From Hydrurus foetidus (taxonomy: Eukaryota): a DNA stretch of 45,618 bases. The stretch is from positions 1-45,618 of the forward strand of contig UYFQ01000279.1 in NCBI GenBank assembly GCA_900617105.1. Direction: 5' to 3'. A program made the position numbers and the translations under genes. Positions 1-13,966 of the stretch are shown piece after piece (positions within the stretch are counted from its first letter, which is position 1; each line of letters begins with the position of its first letter). Below the pieces are notes generated by a model. It was not told where the DNA came from. It saw only the letters and a program-made list of their open reading frames with translations, and searched no databases.

Positions 1-255
1 GAATTGTTTGTTCATTATCCTGCTTATTTTATTCGGAGACTCGCCCTTTCCGACAGATGAAGTCATCGACCGCTTTCCACCGGAGGAGCATCCCAATAGC
101 TCCGCAGCAGAAGGCAGATGTATGCCCCCTCTTTCCACAGCTGTTGCGGTTTTGACGTTATCGTTAATGCTTGGGTGAATTGACGTTATATTCATCGAAA
201 TCTCATCTTCCTCAGCATCAGAACCGTATCCGCAGATTAGGTCCAGCCCTGACAT
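1..255 (-). CDS. 5' part of an unknown gene, runs off the left edge (MSGLDLICGYGSDAEEDEISMNIT...)
   Basis: ATG at 255-253 on the minus strand with an open frame to the window edge. The 'LDLICGYGSD' + acidic N-terminus is common in low-complexity nuclear proteins. Head-to-head with XPG. Confidence 0.55.
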   Translation of the reverse strand, partial: MSGLDLICGYGSDAEEDEISMNITSIHPSINDNVKTATAVERGGIHLPSAAELLGCSSGGKRSMTSSVGKGESPNKISRIMNKQF

Positions 256-798
256 CGCACGATCTACTCGATGCTACTAAATTTCGAACTCCTTCGTAAG
301 TATCAAGTTGGAATTGTAATTTATCAGGTATCTCCTGTAAGTTTGAATTCGAGAAGATTATGACCAGAATGAAAGCTCTTGACTGCTAGCCATTTAGGGA
401 GGCGGCTACCGCACCTTCACCGCAAAAAAACCGCAGCATTTACATGGCTCGAAAAATTGATCATTCTGGCGTGACAGAGTTTGTGGAATACCTGTATCTG
501 AGTGTTCTGTCTGCATCCAACCTCTTCATACCTAGTCCTTGAGTTGAAAATCAAAAATATTTGACAGTCGAGGCTACGTGTTACGTGTGTACAGTCTATG
601 GTCTACAATCTGCAGGCTTCAGTCTACAGTCTCTGCGGTACAGTCCGCGCGTACGTATGCATTCAGGCAAACCAACCCTCTCGCTCTCGATTCTGCGAAG
701 AAGTTCATGTCATCTGTCATCTACAGCAGTCTTGTATCGCAGACTCATCATATCAGACTCTGAACTACGATCGTCTTCAGACTCAAAGGATTCTCATC

Positions 799-3700
799 AT
801 GGGCGTCAAGGGACTATGGGAATTGCTTGCGCCATGTGGAAGGAGGTGCTATCAGACTGTGGAGATGAAACTGCAGTTTACAATTGAAGTGAACACGCGC
901 ATAACATGCAATTCCTTTCTGTACATTCATCAAGGGTTTCGATCGAAACTCTGGACGGGAAAGTAGTCGCTGTTGACGCTTCTATATGGATTACACAATT
1001 CGTGAAGGTGAACCTAGATTTTAGGTCCAGATAAAATTGAAACATCTATAAAAACTCTCCTCACAACGACGACGATGAATCAGGCAATGCGTGATGATGA
1101 AGGCAATATGGTAAAGAACGCCCATCTGATAGGGACAATGAAGAGGATTCTAAAGCTTTTGTTTCACCGCATTCGTCCTGTATTCGTTTTCGATGGTGCC
1201 ACTCCACTCCTGAAATTGCAAACTGTGAAAGTGCGGCGTTCGATTAGAGAAAAACAGGTGACTTCTTAAATTAATCCAATCCTCACGAATGGCCTAGCAA
1301 AGATGATGAGAAATCTGACTCACTACAATTCATATCGTAGGAGGTGAGTAAGAAAACTACAGCACAGCGAATATTCCTGTCACAAATGAAGCAGCAGGCG
1401 ATCAAGGAAAAACTTCAGAAGTCGTTGCCAGCAAATCAGAATGTTGGCCCTGAGAACTACGCTGCTACATTTCGTCCTCCTACGAACTCATCTTCTCTTC
1501 CAGAATTTGTCAGTAAAGCGTCAGAGATATGTCAGACAGTATGGCCGGTAACAGGCTCTTCGGTTATAATACGCTTAGATGCTGAGACAACAATAGAGGG
1601 TGTTGTGACAGAAAGTGGTCCTGCTGCTGAAGAGCTGAGACTAGGGGGACTAATCAGTGTCTTTACTAAAGACGGTCATTTCATTGAAGTGCCATATCCT
1701 GACGAGAATGTCACAGTTATTCACAATATTGATACTGCCAACAGCTCATCGAATGAAGTACTAAGGCATAATACAGGAAGACTGTTATTGAACAACCGCA
1801 TGAGCATTGATGAAAACGATGTTCTTGATGTTGAAAACATTCTCAGTCTTAGGACTGTGAGTTCCAAAAACATTCTGAGAGTTGGAACATCACTAGGAAA
1901 GAATGTTCCTGAGGATTACGAATCTTCCTTAACAGCCAACACTAAAGGTGCTTTGATCGTAGCTGGTAATGAAGATGATGATGTGGAGTGGGTGGAAGGG
2001 CACGAAAGTCTAAATGCGAAGCAGAAGAAAAGAACACGTAGAACGGAACAATACGGAGACGATCTAGGCAGCAGTGAGGAGAGCGATGAAGAAGAAGTGC
2101 ACTGGCAAACACCGAGTGACAGTGCAGATATAGACATAGAGGTTGAATGATGTATTATTGATCTATTCGTGAAAGTTCTATTGCAGCGTGATGGTGTCAA
2201 AATATGATGCGCAAAAATGCTGTTATGTTGTGTTAGTTATAAAATGTGACTAAAACGTGAGTTATAGAGTACCTGATTATGATATATAGGTGTTTAGATA
2301 TGTTGGTTGATTAACACAAATAGAGGTAATTGATGGCGAGTTTAATCAGAAACTGATGCGTGTCGTGGATAGTTTATCAAGTATATAGGTTATCACTGTA
2401 TCATTCACAACATGCAACTCAAGTTCAACAAAATACATTGATAGAAATCAGCGCTAAACAGACCCCCTTACATCTCCTGATAGGTACTTGCATCACTACC
2501 GCCCCATCTAAGAAAGAACATGATTGAAGACTTGAGAAAGAAAGAGAGGAAACGAAGCAGATCAACTTTCATGCCAGTAGCGAGCAATCCTACACTGTAC
2601 TCACAAACACAATTAGCGAACTTTCTCAACGGCAGGTAAGCGTTGTTCAAACTGCATTTTACTGTGCTGCAGTGATTTACTGTGCTGCAGTGTACTGTAC
2701 AGTGCAGTAGTGAAGTGTACTGTACGGTAGAGTGCTGTTCTGTACTGAACTGTACTGTACTTCACTACACGTTAGATGCCACAAATCAATCTCCATACTC
2801 CCAATTATCAATATCCTCTCTACAGTAAGCTCAATAAACGGATATCACAAGTACAAAAACACGTAGACGGAAAACAAGAAGGAAATAAAATAGCCGGAGA
2901 CGGGGACCGGTTATATCTTATGACGGCACCCGGCCAAAAAAATACGGCCACTGCTGCTTCTGCGAGTAGACCGACTGGGAAGAGAATTGTAATTGACGAT
3001 GATGATGATGATTATTGTGGTGGTGGCGGTTTCGCTTTAGAAGAAAGTGCTGGAGGAGGATTCTTTGAGGAGAAGGAATGTTCTGTAAAGAAAGCTGATA
3101 CAGCTCTATTGGATCTGACGGTCAAGTCAAATTTGACGTCTTCCTCTTCCTCCTCCTCTTCTTCCTCTTTCTCCTCCTCTTCTTCCTCTCTTGTACCATC
3201 ATCATTTCAGTCATCTGGTTTCCCATCTTCACAACAATCTAGACCTAACTCATCTGCAAAGAGGAACACTGCAGTATCTTTCGCTGCTATAAGTACTTAC
3301 GATAATGAGGAGTATGATGAGTCAGAGCATGGGAGAGGAAGAGCAGAGGGAGAGGGGGGAGAGGACGGGGAGGAGTGTGAATTGCAAAGAGCTCTATTGA
3401 TGAGTCTTGATCCTTCTCCAGACTGCAATCCAAATTCATCGTCATCTTCTTCTTCTTCCTCTTTCTCCTCCTCTTCTTCCTCCTCCTCTTCTTCCTCCTC
3501 CTCTTCTTCTTCTACAGCTAGTGCCTCAAGGGGTAGTAAGAATCTTCCTAACAGAGAAAATTCTGATGACGTCACTCTTCCACTTCGAGACAGACGTACT
3601 TCAAATAGTATTTCTAGCACCCTAGGGATTACAGAATCAAATAAAAGTAAAGAGAACTTTAGAGGAGAAATGGAAGAGGGTCGAAAAAATGTCATGATAG

Positions 3701-6700
3701 AAGGCGCAAAAAATAAGAATAATCATGGTGATGATGATAATGACGACAATTATATTGATAATGATAATAGTAATAATGATAATGATAATGATGCTAATAA
3801 TGATAATAAGAGTAATAACAATAATAATGATGACGATTTTGATGATGTTGCGTGGGAGTCTGATGGAGAGAATGAGAATGATAATAGTCAAGATATCGGT
3901 GAAGTACAAGACAGTATTTGCAGTCCCACAATACCTCCTATTGATGCAAAAGCTGACGCACGATATCTCTTAGACCTTATAAATGATGACACTGAGATAG
4001 AATCAAATACACAAAATACTAAAAATGGAGGACAAAAAAACAATGAACAAAATAGCAATAAAAATGAAAATAAAAAAGGGAATGTGAACGAAAATGAGAG
4101 GAATATGGACCGAGTCGTTGACACGGCGTCTCGTATGGCGGACTGGGCAAAACATGCAGTGCGAAGAGCATTCAGAGATCATGTGCTGAGCACAGGGGTA
4201 CAGAGCGAATACACCTCAACTTCAAGTTCAAGTTACAAGTCATCCACCAGCCAATATTTCAATTCCAGCTATTTCTCGCGTGGGATCCTCTCAGAATAGT
4301 CCATGTTTGTCCTCTTCTGATAAAATACGTCCCACTAATGTCTTATCTAACATCACATCTAATGTCACATCCAATGTCACATCTAATGTCACATCCAATG
4401 TCAATGCAAAGATTCTCAATCTTTCAAATATTGCCTGTGCTCTAGATAGATCTACTGGGGATGCTGTAAAGCTGACAGCTTTAACTTCAACTTCAACGAC
4501 GAGTGCATCAAGTGCATCATTATCACACGTCACTGGTGCACAGTTGTTGGTACCAATATCTACTGATTGTGACGCACGCAATTTGAATATGAAAGAAGGA
4601 ACACTCTTTCTTGCCACTGATAAGAAGGAGAAGATGATGAGGAATGCCTCTCAGCCTGCTATTATGATAAGCTCCTCTCAATCTTTGTCTCTACCTCTAC
4701 CTTTACCTAAACCCCAATCTCAACCTGAAGTTCCTGAAGACGTTAGCACAGAGAATGATAAGGTTACCTCTCTACCTCCTTCCCTGATTACTGAGGCTGT
4801 CAAATCAGAATCGTCACTTACGTCATCACAAAGTGCAAAACTCAAGAATGTTCCTCACACTCCAATCGCATGGAATATTCCGACAGTTGACAATTCAACT
4901 CAAAAAGAAATTGTGTCAGTGTCAGTCCAACCTGACTTATTGATGAGGACTGAGGGCAGAGATCATGTAGTACTAAATAGCATCGGTGCTTTATCATCCA
5001 CAACTTCAACTTCAACTTCAAAAATAGTACTTCAATCTGTGGTGCAAACATACTCTATCAGTGCCAGTAGTCTTGATAAAAATGCTGACAGTCCAAAAGA
5101 AAATGAAATCGAGGTTGAAAAGACTTACGCCTTCTCTGATGAAAATATTGAGATTATTGGTGGCAGCCGAAATGAAATGATATCCGCTACAACTGAGATG
5201 ATTGAAATAGTAGAATCGGATAATACGGCAAATATACTGAAAAATGAGGTGAAAACTGATGCAAAAAATATCATGGTTATTGTTGATGTTGATGATGATG
5301 ATGATGATGATGGAGATGTAGTTGAGATATTGAACAATTCTGAGGCGGTGTTTAATTCTCTCTCCAAGGAAGATGAGGAGGCATTTCGATTGCATGAAGA
5401 GGAGCAAGAAAGAATAATGTCAGAAAAAAGAAATGTAGAAATAAACAGAAGTATGAACAATGAAAATAACAAATTAAACAACAGTGAAAATAATGCAGTG
5501 AAAGAATTAGGTGGTGATGAATTAAAACAATTATTACGAGAAGAAGAAGCGGAAGAAAAAAGTGCAAAAAGGGTACGAAATGCGGCTGCTCGAGATGCAG
5601 AAAGTATGACAGAAGAAATGAAAATTGAAGTCATCGAACTCCTTCAAGCTTTTGGATTGCCCTTTGTTATTGCACCGTATGAGGCGGAAGCACAATGTGC
5701 TGGTACGTACGTGCGTGTGTGTATGTGCGTGTGTGGATCTTGGGTCTCTCATATGGAATATTTGTATATTACACTTACGCACATGTATGGATTTCGAAAT
5801 AAGATGCCACGGAGGTATTACGGAAGCAGAATAAAATGGTTCCTGTTTAGTATGGGGCCTCCATATTAAACAGGAACCATTTTATTCTGCTTCCGTAATA
5901 TCTTTTTATTTCGTAGCATCATTTTACAGGACAAATATTTTTACGGCACTTACAATTCCTGCGCATATTTGGAATAACTTCACAAATCTCCGCACTTAAT
6001 CAATAAGTATGATTACGTACATATTACACATACCAGTGTTAGAGCAATTAGGACTAGTGGATGGAGTGGTGACTGATGATAGCGATGCTTTCCTATTTGG
6101 CGCTAAGGCTGTCTACAAGAATATTTTCAGCGATAAAAAGTTTGTGGAGGTAAGCTCGATCAACTTATCATATTTTATCAACTGGCAAATTTTTTCAAAC
6201 TTTCAATTATGATCAAGTGTCCATATTTATTCTAATGCAAGTAATTTAGTACGATGTATACACATAAATAGTTTGCTTTTTTTATAACACACGATATATT
6301 AATACATGGTAGAAATGGTTTGTAGCAGATAAAGCATCTGGCATTGTCCAGATTCATGCAACAGTGCAGTGCAATACTTCACGAAATCCTTTGTGAACCG
6401 TCTCTCATCGTTGGTTTCATTGTCTGTTTTATTTGCATATTTCATTTCCACATTTACATTTGTTTTTATTTCTATTCATTTCATTTTTTATTTTTTATTT
6501 TTATTTTTATTTTTATTTCAAAGGCATACTTGGCAGAAGACATTCGGAGGGAACTTGGACTGCACAGAGAGGAATTAGTCGCACTTGCCTATTTTCTAGG
6601 ATGCGATTATACAGAAGGAGTGACGGGTGTGGGCATAGTGAATGCTCTTGAAATTGTTCAGGCTTTTCCTATGAGAAAACAAGATAGTGCACTTGAAAAA

Positions 6701-9526
6701 TCAAAAAGTGGAAAAAAAGAAAAAAATGAAAAAAATATCAAAAATGGAAAAAGTGATGGCACACATGGTGATGATAATGGTAGTGCAAAAGGTAGTGACA
6801 TCGAGAATGGGCCTTATCCTATTGTAGGATTGAAAAAATTCAAAGAGTGGTTGGAAGGATATGATTTTGCTGAAACGATTAATTCAAAAAGAAAAATAAG
6901 TACAAACGTGAAAACCTCAGCTACTGCAAAAAGCAAAGGAAAGAGTGGTAAAAGTGTGAGCAAAAAGGACAAAATGAATGCAGATGAAAAAGAAGAGGGG
7001 GAGGAAGAAGGCAAAGGTGATAGAGAATGCAAAGATAAAGATGAAGATATGCCAAATAAGAATATTAGACGAAGAAAAGCTTCTAGAAAATTCAAGAACT
7101 CTTTTGATAATAGTAGTGAATCAGAACACTCATGCACGGACTCTGGATCAGATTCCAGATGCAGCGATGAATCTTCTACCAAATCTGTAACCCATGCTTC
7201 AAGTAGAAATAGCAGTAAAAGTAAGGGCAAAAAATCGGCCAAAAAAAACAATGTTGAATTACTAAAATTGAATAAAAATTCGGATAAGGAACAGGGCGGT
7301 GAACTAACTGTTGATGATAGTGATGTGGATAAGGTGCAGATTATCCAAGATGACGAGGAAGAAAAGGAGGAGGTGGAGGAGGAAGAAGAGGAGAATGAAG
7401 TAGAAAATAATGAGAAGCTGCTACCCGATTTAAGTACAAGACTGGTTAGTATTGTATTTGTATTCGTATTTGTTTTTCACGGTGTATTATACCATCTTGA
7501 ATACGACTCACCGCCCTGGTGATGATGCATCTTTCTTTGCCTTGTGAGGAAATAGAGAGATGATATTTCTTTCTTTCGAATGCTTTTCCCTCGTCACTGT
7601 CTTTGAATAAACTTACCAGCACTGTACCCCACATATCCGTACACATGTTACATACATAAACAAGATATGCATTCTCGTACACACACATAAATGGCTGACA
7701 CATGTACAATTGCTTAAGTATATAAACAACTTGCAAATGCACGTGTACACATGTACATACACGTTTTCACACACACATGTATATGTAGTACTATATAAAC
7801 AACTTACATACACATGTACATCCAAATATAGTATCTGTTCGGTAAAGCCCACAGCTCGGCTAGAGCAAGGTGGAGCCTGAAGGGAAATTTTCCAGGTCAG
7901 GCAAATCATTAGATTTGGCGTCATTTAACGGCAAACTCAATTCTGTGAATAATTTAGATTTTCCTATTTGATGATGTTCATATTTTGTTATGATGATACC
8001 ACTTTACAAATAAAAATACTTCAATACATTATTCTCACTATGGAACTACCTACTTCCCAAATTGATTCATTTCCTTTCATCCAATGTCTCTATCTCTCAT
8101 CGTTCTCTCTCTGTCATTTTTTTATCGTCTCTTTTGTACCAGTTCACCCCTTCCTCTCCCAACCCTCGCTCTCTTTTACCTTCCCCTCTCCACCGCTTAG
8201 ACGTTAGCTTCCTTTCCCTGATGACCATATTTCATCATCCCCTCTACCTCTCTTTTCCCTCCATCATCTCTCCTCCCTCCATCTCCCACCTCCCCCCTCC
8301 CTCCGTCTTACCCTCACTACCTCATCTCATCTCATTTTTCTCCTCCTCTTCGTCCTCCTCTTTCTTCTCTCTTTATTGTCTTCACATCTTCATTAAATCC
8401 TTACTCACCCCCATTTCCTTCACTTTTCCTCCCTTCTATTTCGCCTCCCATATCTTTTCTACTACTTTCCTATCCTCCACATCCTCTCACCATCTCCTTC
8501 CCTTCCCTTTCATCCAACTTCAGACGGTCGTGTAGCTGAAGCATTTATGAAACCAGCTGCCAATACAGACGCCACTTCCTTCGAGTGGCCCTTGCCTAAG
8601 CTACACAGAGTGAGGAACTACTGCAGAGAACAATTAGGGTGGACGGAGTTAGAAATGGACCAGCAAGTGGACACGGTTATTGAGAGATATGCGTGCAGAT
8701 CACAACAGGTACAAATATTATAAAATGATTTAAATCTACGAATAAATCAATCAAGAAATCAAAAGTGATTGCAACACTTACCGTGACTTTTCGATGATCT
8801 TAACTAATCATAACTTTTGAAGCTTAACTTTTTGATAATCAGTCATGGCCACAAATAACTTTATACTGAAGCGAACTCCCCTGTCACTTCACAACACCTC
8901 ACTTCACAACACCCCACAACACCTCACCTCACCTCACCTCACCGCGCTTATTGTCATCACAGCCGCGTATCGACAGCTTCTTCATGACATATCATGACGG
9001 AAATAGGGCAGCTAAATTTCGCAGCAGCCGTCTTGGCGCAGCAGTTGAACAAATCACAGGAAAAAGAACAGAATTATCTTTATACGGCAATAATAACTCG
9101 ACAAAAACTAAGCAGAAAAAACCTCGTATTATCAAGGAAAAAGATGTCAAAGATTTATTATCACCACCTAAAAGTGTTCCGCTGAAATCAAAAGCAGTTT
9201 CGAAGAGAAAGATTAAAGGGGTGAATAAATGCGATGATTTGATAGAAGAAAGTGTAACGGTTATCGGTTGTACGAGTTCATCGAACAGCACCACTGAGCA
9301 TGGTTTACCAACACAACCTATAGTGACTACCGCCCTTGCAATCACAGTTACATCCACACCTATTCTTGCATCTACATCAGCATCACAAGCTGTAGTAAAG
9401 GATATTGATGTATCTAACTCAGTAGAAAATGACAAAGATAGTGATAGCGATTTTGACGTGTTTGATGATGACTATAAGAAAAGAAAGGGAAGCCAAAAAA
9501 AGAGTAGAAATAAGAATAAAAGATAA
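799..9526 (+). CDS. ERCC5: XPG/RAD2 family structure-specific endonuclease (nucleotide excision repair), multi-exon
   Basis: XPG-N across exons 799-845, 935-1007, 1084-1257 ([31 protein letters not shown]). UBM-like [14 protein letters not shown] in the exon from 2484, and UIM-like [12 protein letters not shown] (~3370-3410). [21 protein letters not shown] (~5650-5700), [15 protein letters not shown] (6037-6149), H3[23 protein letters not shown] (from ~6523). Later exons 7832-7895, 8524-8708, 8963-9526 ([11 protein letters not shown]-like box, basic tail). GT-AG introns. Confidence 0.95.
5813..5903. repeat. Long inverted repeat (hairpin) in an XPG intron
   Basis: 5816-5849 is the exact reverse complement of 5867-5900. 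The stem continues through a G-T pair and TATGG/CCATA to a 5-nt loop GGCCT (5856-5860). Confidence 0.9.
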
Positions 9527-10888
9527 TCGCATTTGATTTATATCGAGTGATAGTACTTATTAAATTTTGAAAATCAAAAACAGTCTTATCTGTTTTCTTT
9601 TTTTCTCTTAACTTATTCCTCACAAGTCCAACTATCTGTATACTGTGTTATGTCATATTTCATATTTTACGACTCCATGTTACATCGCATGATATGTTCC
9701 ACATACCTCCACTTCCTTTTCATACATCTCACCCTCTGCTCTATTTTGTTCTCCTCTTCTTCCCATTCAATTTGTTCTGAGCTGATGAGTTTATTTCACG
9801 GAAACACAGCACAAAACAACATATCACAACAAATCGCAACTTATCATGACACATTATAACTCATTACAATGCAGCACATCACATCACACCGTAATGCAAT
9901 ACAATGCAACACAACACAACACAACAAATCACATGATAACAAGCCGTTTGTCCACTTATGTATTTGTATAGCTAATGTTCGTATTTGCAGATGCTATAAT
10001 TAATACTTATGAGATATTTATTTAGCTGCCAGCAACGACTGAAAATTTTAACAAAAAATATTCGCCAATTTTTTGCAAAATAAATCTATGAAAAATGGTG
10101 AGACTTACTGTATCATTACAGCGAGATATTTGTTGTCTACAAGTACGTTGATTAAGAACGGAGAAATAATGTTGAAATTGCACTGTGGCAATTGTTTAAA
10201 ATTTAACATTCTACAATTGGAAAGAAAAAGACAGCGCTGGCTTCTTAACTGCATTTCAAGAATATTTGGGATGTTAGTTTTTTTACTCATTTGAATAGTC
10301 TATTTTTTATAGGATATCTTAGGAAATTAAGAGTCAGATGTTCTACAATCAGCGATTGCAGAAATTGAAAATAAGTCCACATTCGTTTGAATATTCGTTT
10401 GATGTATCTCAACAAAGCCATGAAGTGATAAAGAGCGTTCTAATTTGTTACAATTCTTAAAACACTTTTTCTCAGGACATGCACACAGCTGTATAATCTC
10501 TTTTGATTAGAAATCCTGAGAATGTAAAAACAAACCTCTTCACTGCTATATACATCAAATTAATCACAGTTGGACTGCTCGTGATCTTCAGTTGTGCAAG
10601 TTGACTTGTGCTGTTCTTGTGTTTTTCAGTCTTGCTCTCGCTGTTATGACAGTCGGGTGGGTGGGCTTGAACATTTATGGAATCACAGCAGAGGGATCGT
10701 CCCCATAGGGGGTAGAAATGCTGCAGACATAGCGTAAGTACAGCACAGCACAGTACAATGAAACACTACCTACACAATTCAAAACGGAAGTGTAGTGTGA
10801 AATGTGAAATTCAGACTTGAAATGCAACCTCACATCACAGATCGATCACAGATGTCGCCACAACTGAACTTCTTATCCACCATCAAAA

Positions 10889-11370
10889 ATGCCAGCCATC
10901 GCCACAGGAGTTGAGTTCGACACTGTCGCAAGGTAGATAGATCCGCGATGAAATTATGGAGCTATTGCGGTCAACTTTTTAACTTGCTTCTGCCCTCGCA
11001 GGGAATGGAGAATGAAGTGGTCTGCGGATGAAGACAAGAAGGCACTTGTCGAAGCACAGAATGCCCTCGAGACTGTACTGCCCGCTATCAAAGCCCTCCC
11101 AGGCTTCAAATCCGTTCAGCGTGTCGTTTGCGGCGGATGCAGCGACTTCAAAGTAAGTCAGCTGATGAAATGATTTTATAAGTCGGCATCAAGCTTACGG
11201 TTCCAAACATAATCTCGCCTTTCCAGGTCATCATTTCTCTTTCCGCCGAAGAATACGGCGCTTGGGGAGAAACCGCCTTCGCCCCTGAAGCCAGCTTCAT
11301 GAAAATCGTGGAATCCATTCCAGGACTGACAGGAATCGAAACCCAAACTTACACCCTCATGACCTTGTAG
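10889..11370 (+). CDS. 112-aa protein of unknown function with CxxC (VVCGGCSDFK), copy 1; exons 10889-10932, 11002-11152, 11227-11370
   Basis: Canonical GT-AG splicing gives one 339-nt ORF: MPAIATGVEFDTVAREWRMKWSADEDKKALVEAQNALETVLPAIKALPGFKSVQRVVCGGCSDFKVIISLSAEEYGAWGETAFAPEASFMKIVESIPGLTGIETQTYTLMTL. C-ending codon bias and AAAA before the ATG. Absent from the supplied ORF track. Confidence 0.88.
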
Positions 11371-11768
11371 AAACTAAATTTTCGTTTTAGATGGTGGATT
11401 GGTGGTACGCGTCAATGCCTGAAATCGATTTCAACTGCGAGCACCTGTATTGAAGGAAGGCGACACCCATGATTCTGCACAGTACTGACGAATCTGGATG
11501 AGTTTCCATTCTTCGACGAGTATCATTGTGTTGGGTGATTTATTATTCGTGCTGCATCCCTGGCTGTTGATACCAGAAGTGCCATTTAATTTTTTTAAAT
11601 GCAGCTGTTAACATCGTCTGTAGAACTGTACCTCATTAGGAGTCCATTCGTTTAGTTGAAGACATTCGAGCTCGAGTCGCGACTGTCCGCCAAGAGGGGC
11701 CTTCTTCCTGATGTTATGACAAAGCGATACAGGGTGCAGGGTGCACGAGCCAAAACGAGAAAAGAGGT

Positions 11769-11840
11769 TGCCTCCTACGTGAGTCGAACACGCGACCTTC
11801 CCCTTACGAAGGGGATGCTCTACCACTAAGCTAAAGAGGC
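11769..11840 (-). tRNA. tRNA-Thr(CGT), copy 1
   Basis: Minus strand GCCTCTTTAGCTTAGTGGTAGAGCATCCCCTTCGTAAGGGGAAGGTCGCGTGTTCGACTCACGTAGGAGGCA folds as a cloverleaf. Anticodon stem TCCCC/GGGGA, loop TTCGTAA, T-loop TTCGA, T4 runs downstream. Confidence 0.95.
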
Positions 11841-12039
11841 TGTGCACAACAAGACAAAAAATATGAATACATAATCTAATTGTATATTCTCTCGCTAGAT
11901 AATAAATTGTGCTTTGGCCTACTGGCTGTACAGCCTGCAGGTGCGGTATGACAGTCGAGTCGATCATCCCATTGACCACTTCAGAAATAACCCTCTTCAC
12001 AATATGATCACTAAATAGTGTCTCTGAAGACCACTCAGG

Positions 12040-13392
12040 ATGGTTTTCATGAGCCATTCGATTGCTGGAACTAGAGTCCTGAAGGTAAATCGTATTGATG
12101 GACATCAAGTGCCTAGAAACGATACTGTAGTCTAAAGCAGTACCGTCTTTTTCAATCTTCGAAGGTGCTCGTCGTTCCGATAGGCGAGAACAGTCTTTTT
12201 GATGCTCATTTCGATTTGATAAGTCGAACAAAGCATCTCCCCAAGGAAGAACTCGGATACTCAAACTCTAGACTTGTTAAGAGCCAAGCTTTTAGGAACT
12301 TTCAGTGGGATGACGGAAGCTTCATCTTTGATTACGTCCGATATGATGTTGCGAAAGGAGGCAACGACATAGCTGACAATACAGATGTGAATGAAGACAG
12401 AGTGATCGATTTGGGAAATTTCCGGAGCCAATTTGAGCAGCTAGTTTCGAAGGCTCTACAGCAGCTGGATAATAAAATAATACAATAAATTCGAATACAC
12501 TTATTGATAACTTCTCGTATCATTGACAGAGCTCTCAAAGAGTTCTGATCGTTCTGGGTCTCATCAATCATCCTGAACTTGGGGAATCATCTGACAACAT
12601 GGAAGATGAGTTAAAGTTCTTCGCAAGGTATTGCTTCAGTATTGTTCCTTATATCATCAACTTTCGCATATTGATCTTTGCTGCTAAGAATAAGAATCAT
12701 TACGAAATATCAAATAATTGTATGCACACCAAATGCCCTTTCTATGTATATTTTTGAATATGATCATTGTGTATGTTGAAACTTGTCATTTCAGCTCTTT
12801 GCTTGTCTTTCTCCAATATCGCAGAACATACCACAAAATATCAATAAATTAAGATTATCTCAAATCGTTACTGCAATTTGCATCTTGAATAAACTGTAGG
12901 AACCATCCTTTCATATCGGTGCGAAGATTAATAGTTTTTAACTACGACTACGGCTTAACAGTAAGCCCTTCTAAATCGAAAAAAGTGGAAGATTTACCGA
13001 TATTGCGTCCCTTGGGGGATGATCCTGATTCATTAATTATTTGTCCCTCAGAAAGTGATCATATTCCAACAGTAAAAAACGATCAAAATGGAAATAAAAT
13101 AAATGGATTATCCGCGTCAATATCTGCAGTGGAAGGAAAATTAAAAATAATGATGACAGGAATTGCGTTAAAAATATTTGAATCACTTCAAAAAGAAATG
13201 ACGAATTGTGAGGAATGCAGAGTATTAGGAACGTTCCCTCAATGGCTCCTGACAGCCACTAGGAAACCCAGAACAAATCCTTCCGATGAGGTCATTACGA
13301 ACACCACAAATTATTCTTTGGCTCTCCAAGCTTGTTCACCTGTAGATGCGTTTGGACATCATACTATAGTCGATTTTTACTCAATTGAATGA
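12040..13392 (+). pseudogene. TRAPPC9: 3'-truncated TRAPPC9/TRS120 duplicate (first four exons), copy 1
   Basis: Near-identical to the gene at 18185 up to the unit junction. Has a 54-nt in-frame deletion (LAKKSQSGRLRKFMGDLS) and stops just past the junction. Confidence 0.85.
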
Positions 13393-13966
13393 TCGATTTT
13401 TTATAGGATATCTTAGGAAATTAAGAGTCAGATGTTCTACAATCAGCGATTGCAGAAATTGAAAATAAGTCCACATTCGTTTGAATATTCGTTTGATGTA
13501 TCTCAACAAAGCCATGAAGTGATAAAGAGCGTTCTAATTTGTTGCAATTCTTAAAACACTTTTTCTCAGGACATGCACACAGCTGTATAATCTCTTTTGA
13601 TTAGAAATCCTGAGAATGTAAAAACAAATCTCTTCAATTAATCACAGTTGGACTGCTCGTGATCTTCAGTTGTGCAACTTGACTTGTGCTGTTCTTGTTT
13701 TTTTCAGTCTTGCTCTCGCTGTTATGACAGTCGGGTGGGTGGGCTTGAACATTTATGGAATCACAGCAGAGGGATCGTCCCCATAGGGGGTAGAAATGCT
13801 GCAGACATAGCGTAAGTACAGCACAGCACGGTACAATGAAACACTACCTACACAATTCAAAACGGAAGTGTAGTGTGAAATGTGAAATTCAGACTTGAAA
13901 TGCAACCTCACATCACAGATCGATCACAGATGTCGCCACAACTGAACTTCTTATCCACCATCAAAA

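Noticed and set aside
5818..5827. TTACGGAAGC shared between the XPG intron hairpin and the retroelement B-repeat palindrome
   Set aside because: Only about 10 bp with no further similarity; chance is adequate.
11608..12264. 218-aa minus-strand ORF repeated three times
   Set aside because: It runs through the tRNA and antisense to TRAPPC9 exons, has no recognisable motif, and copy 2 differs substantially in a stretch beside the tRNA. Repetition only reflects the triplication.
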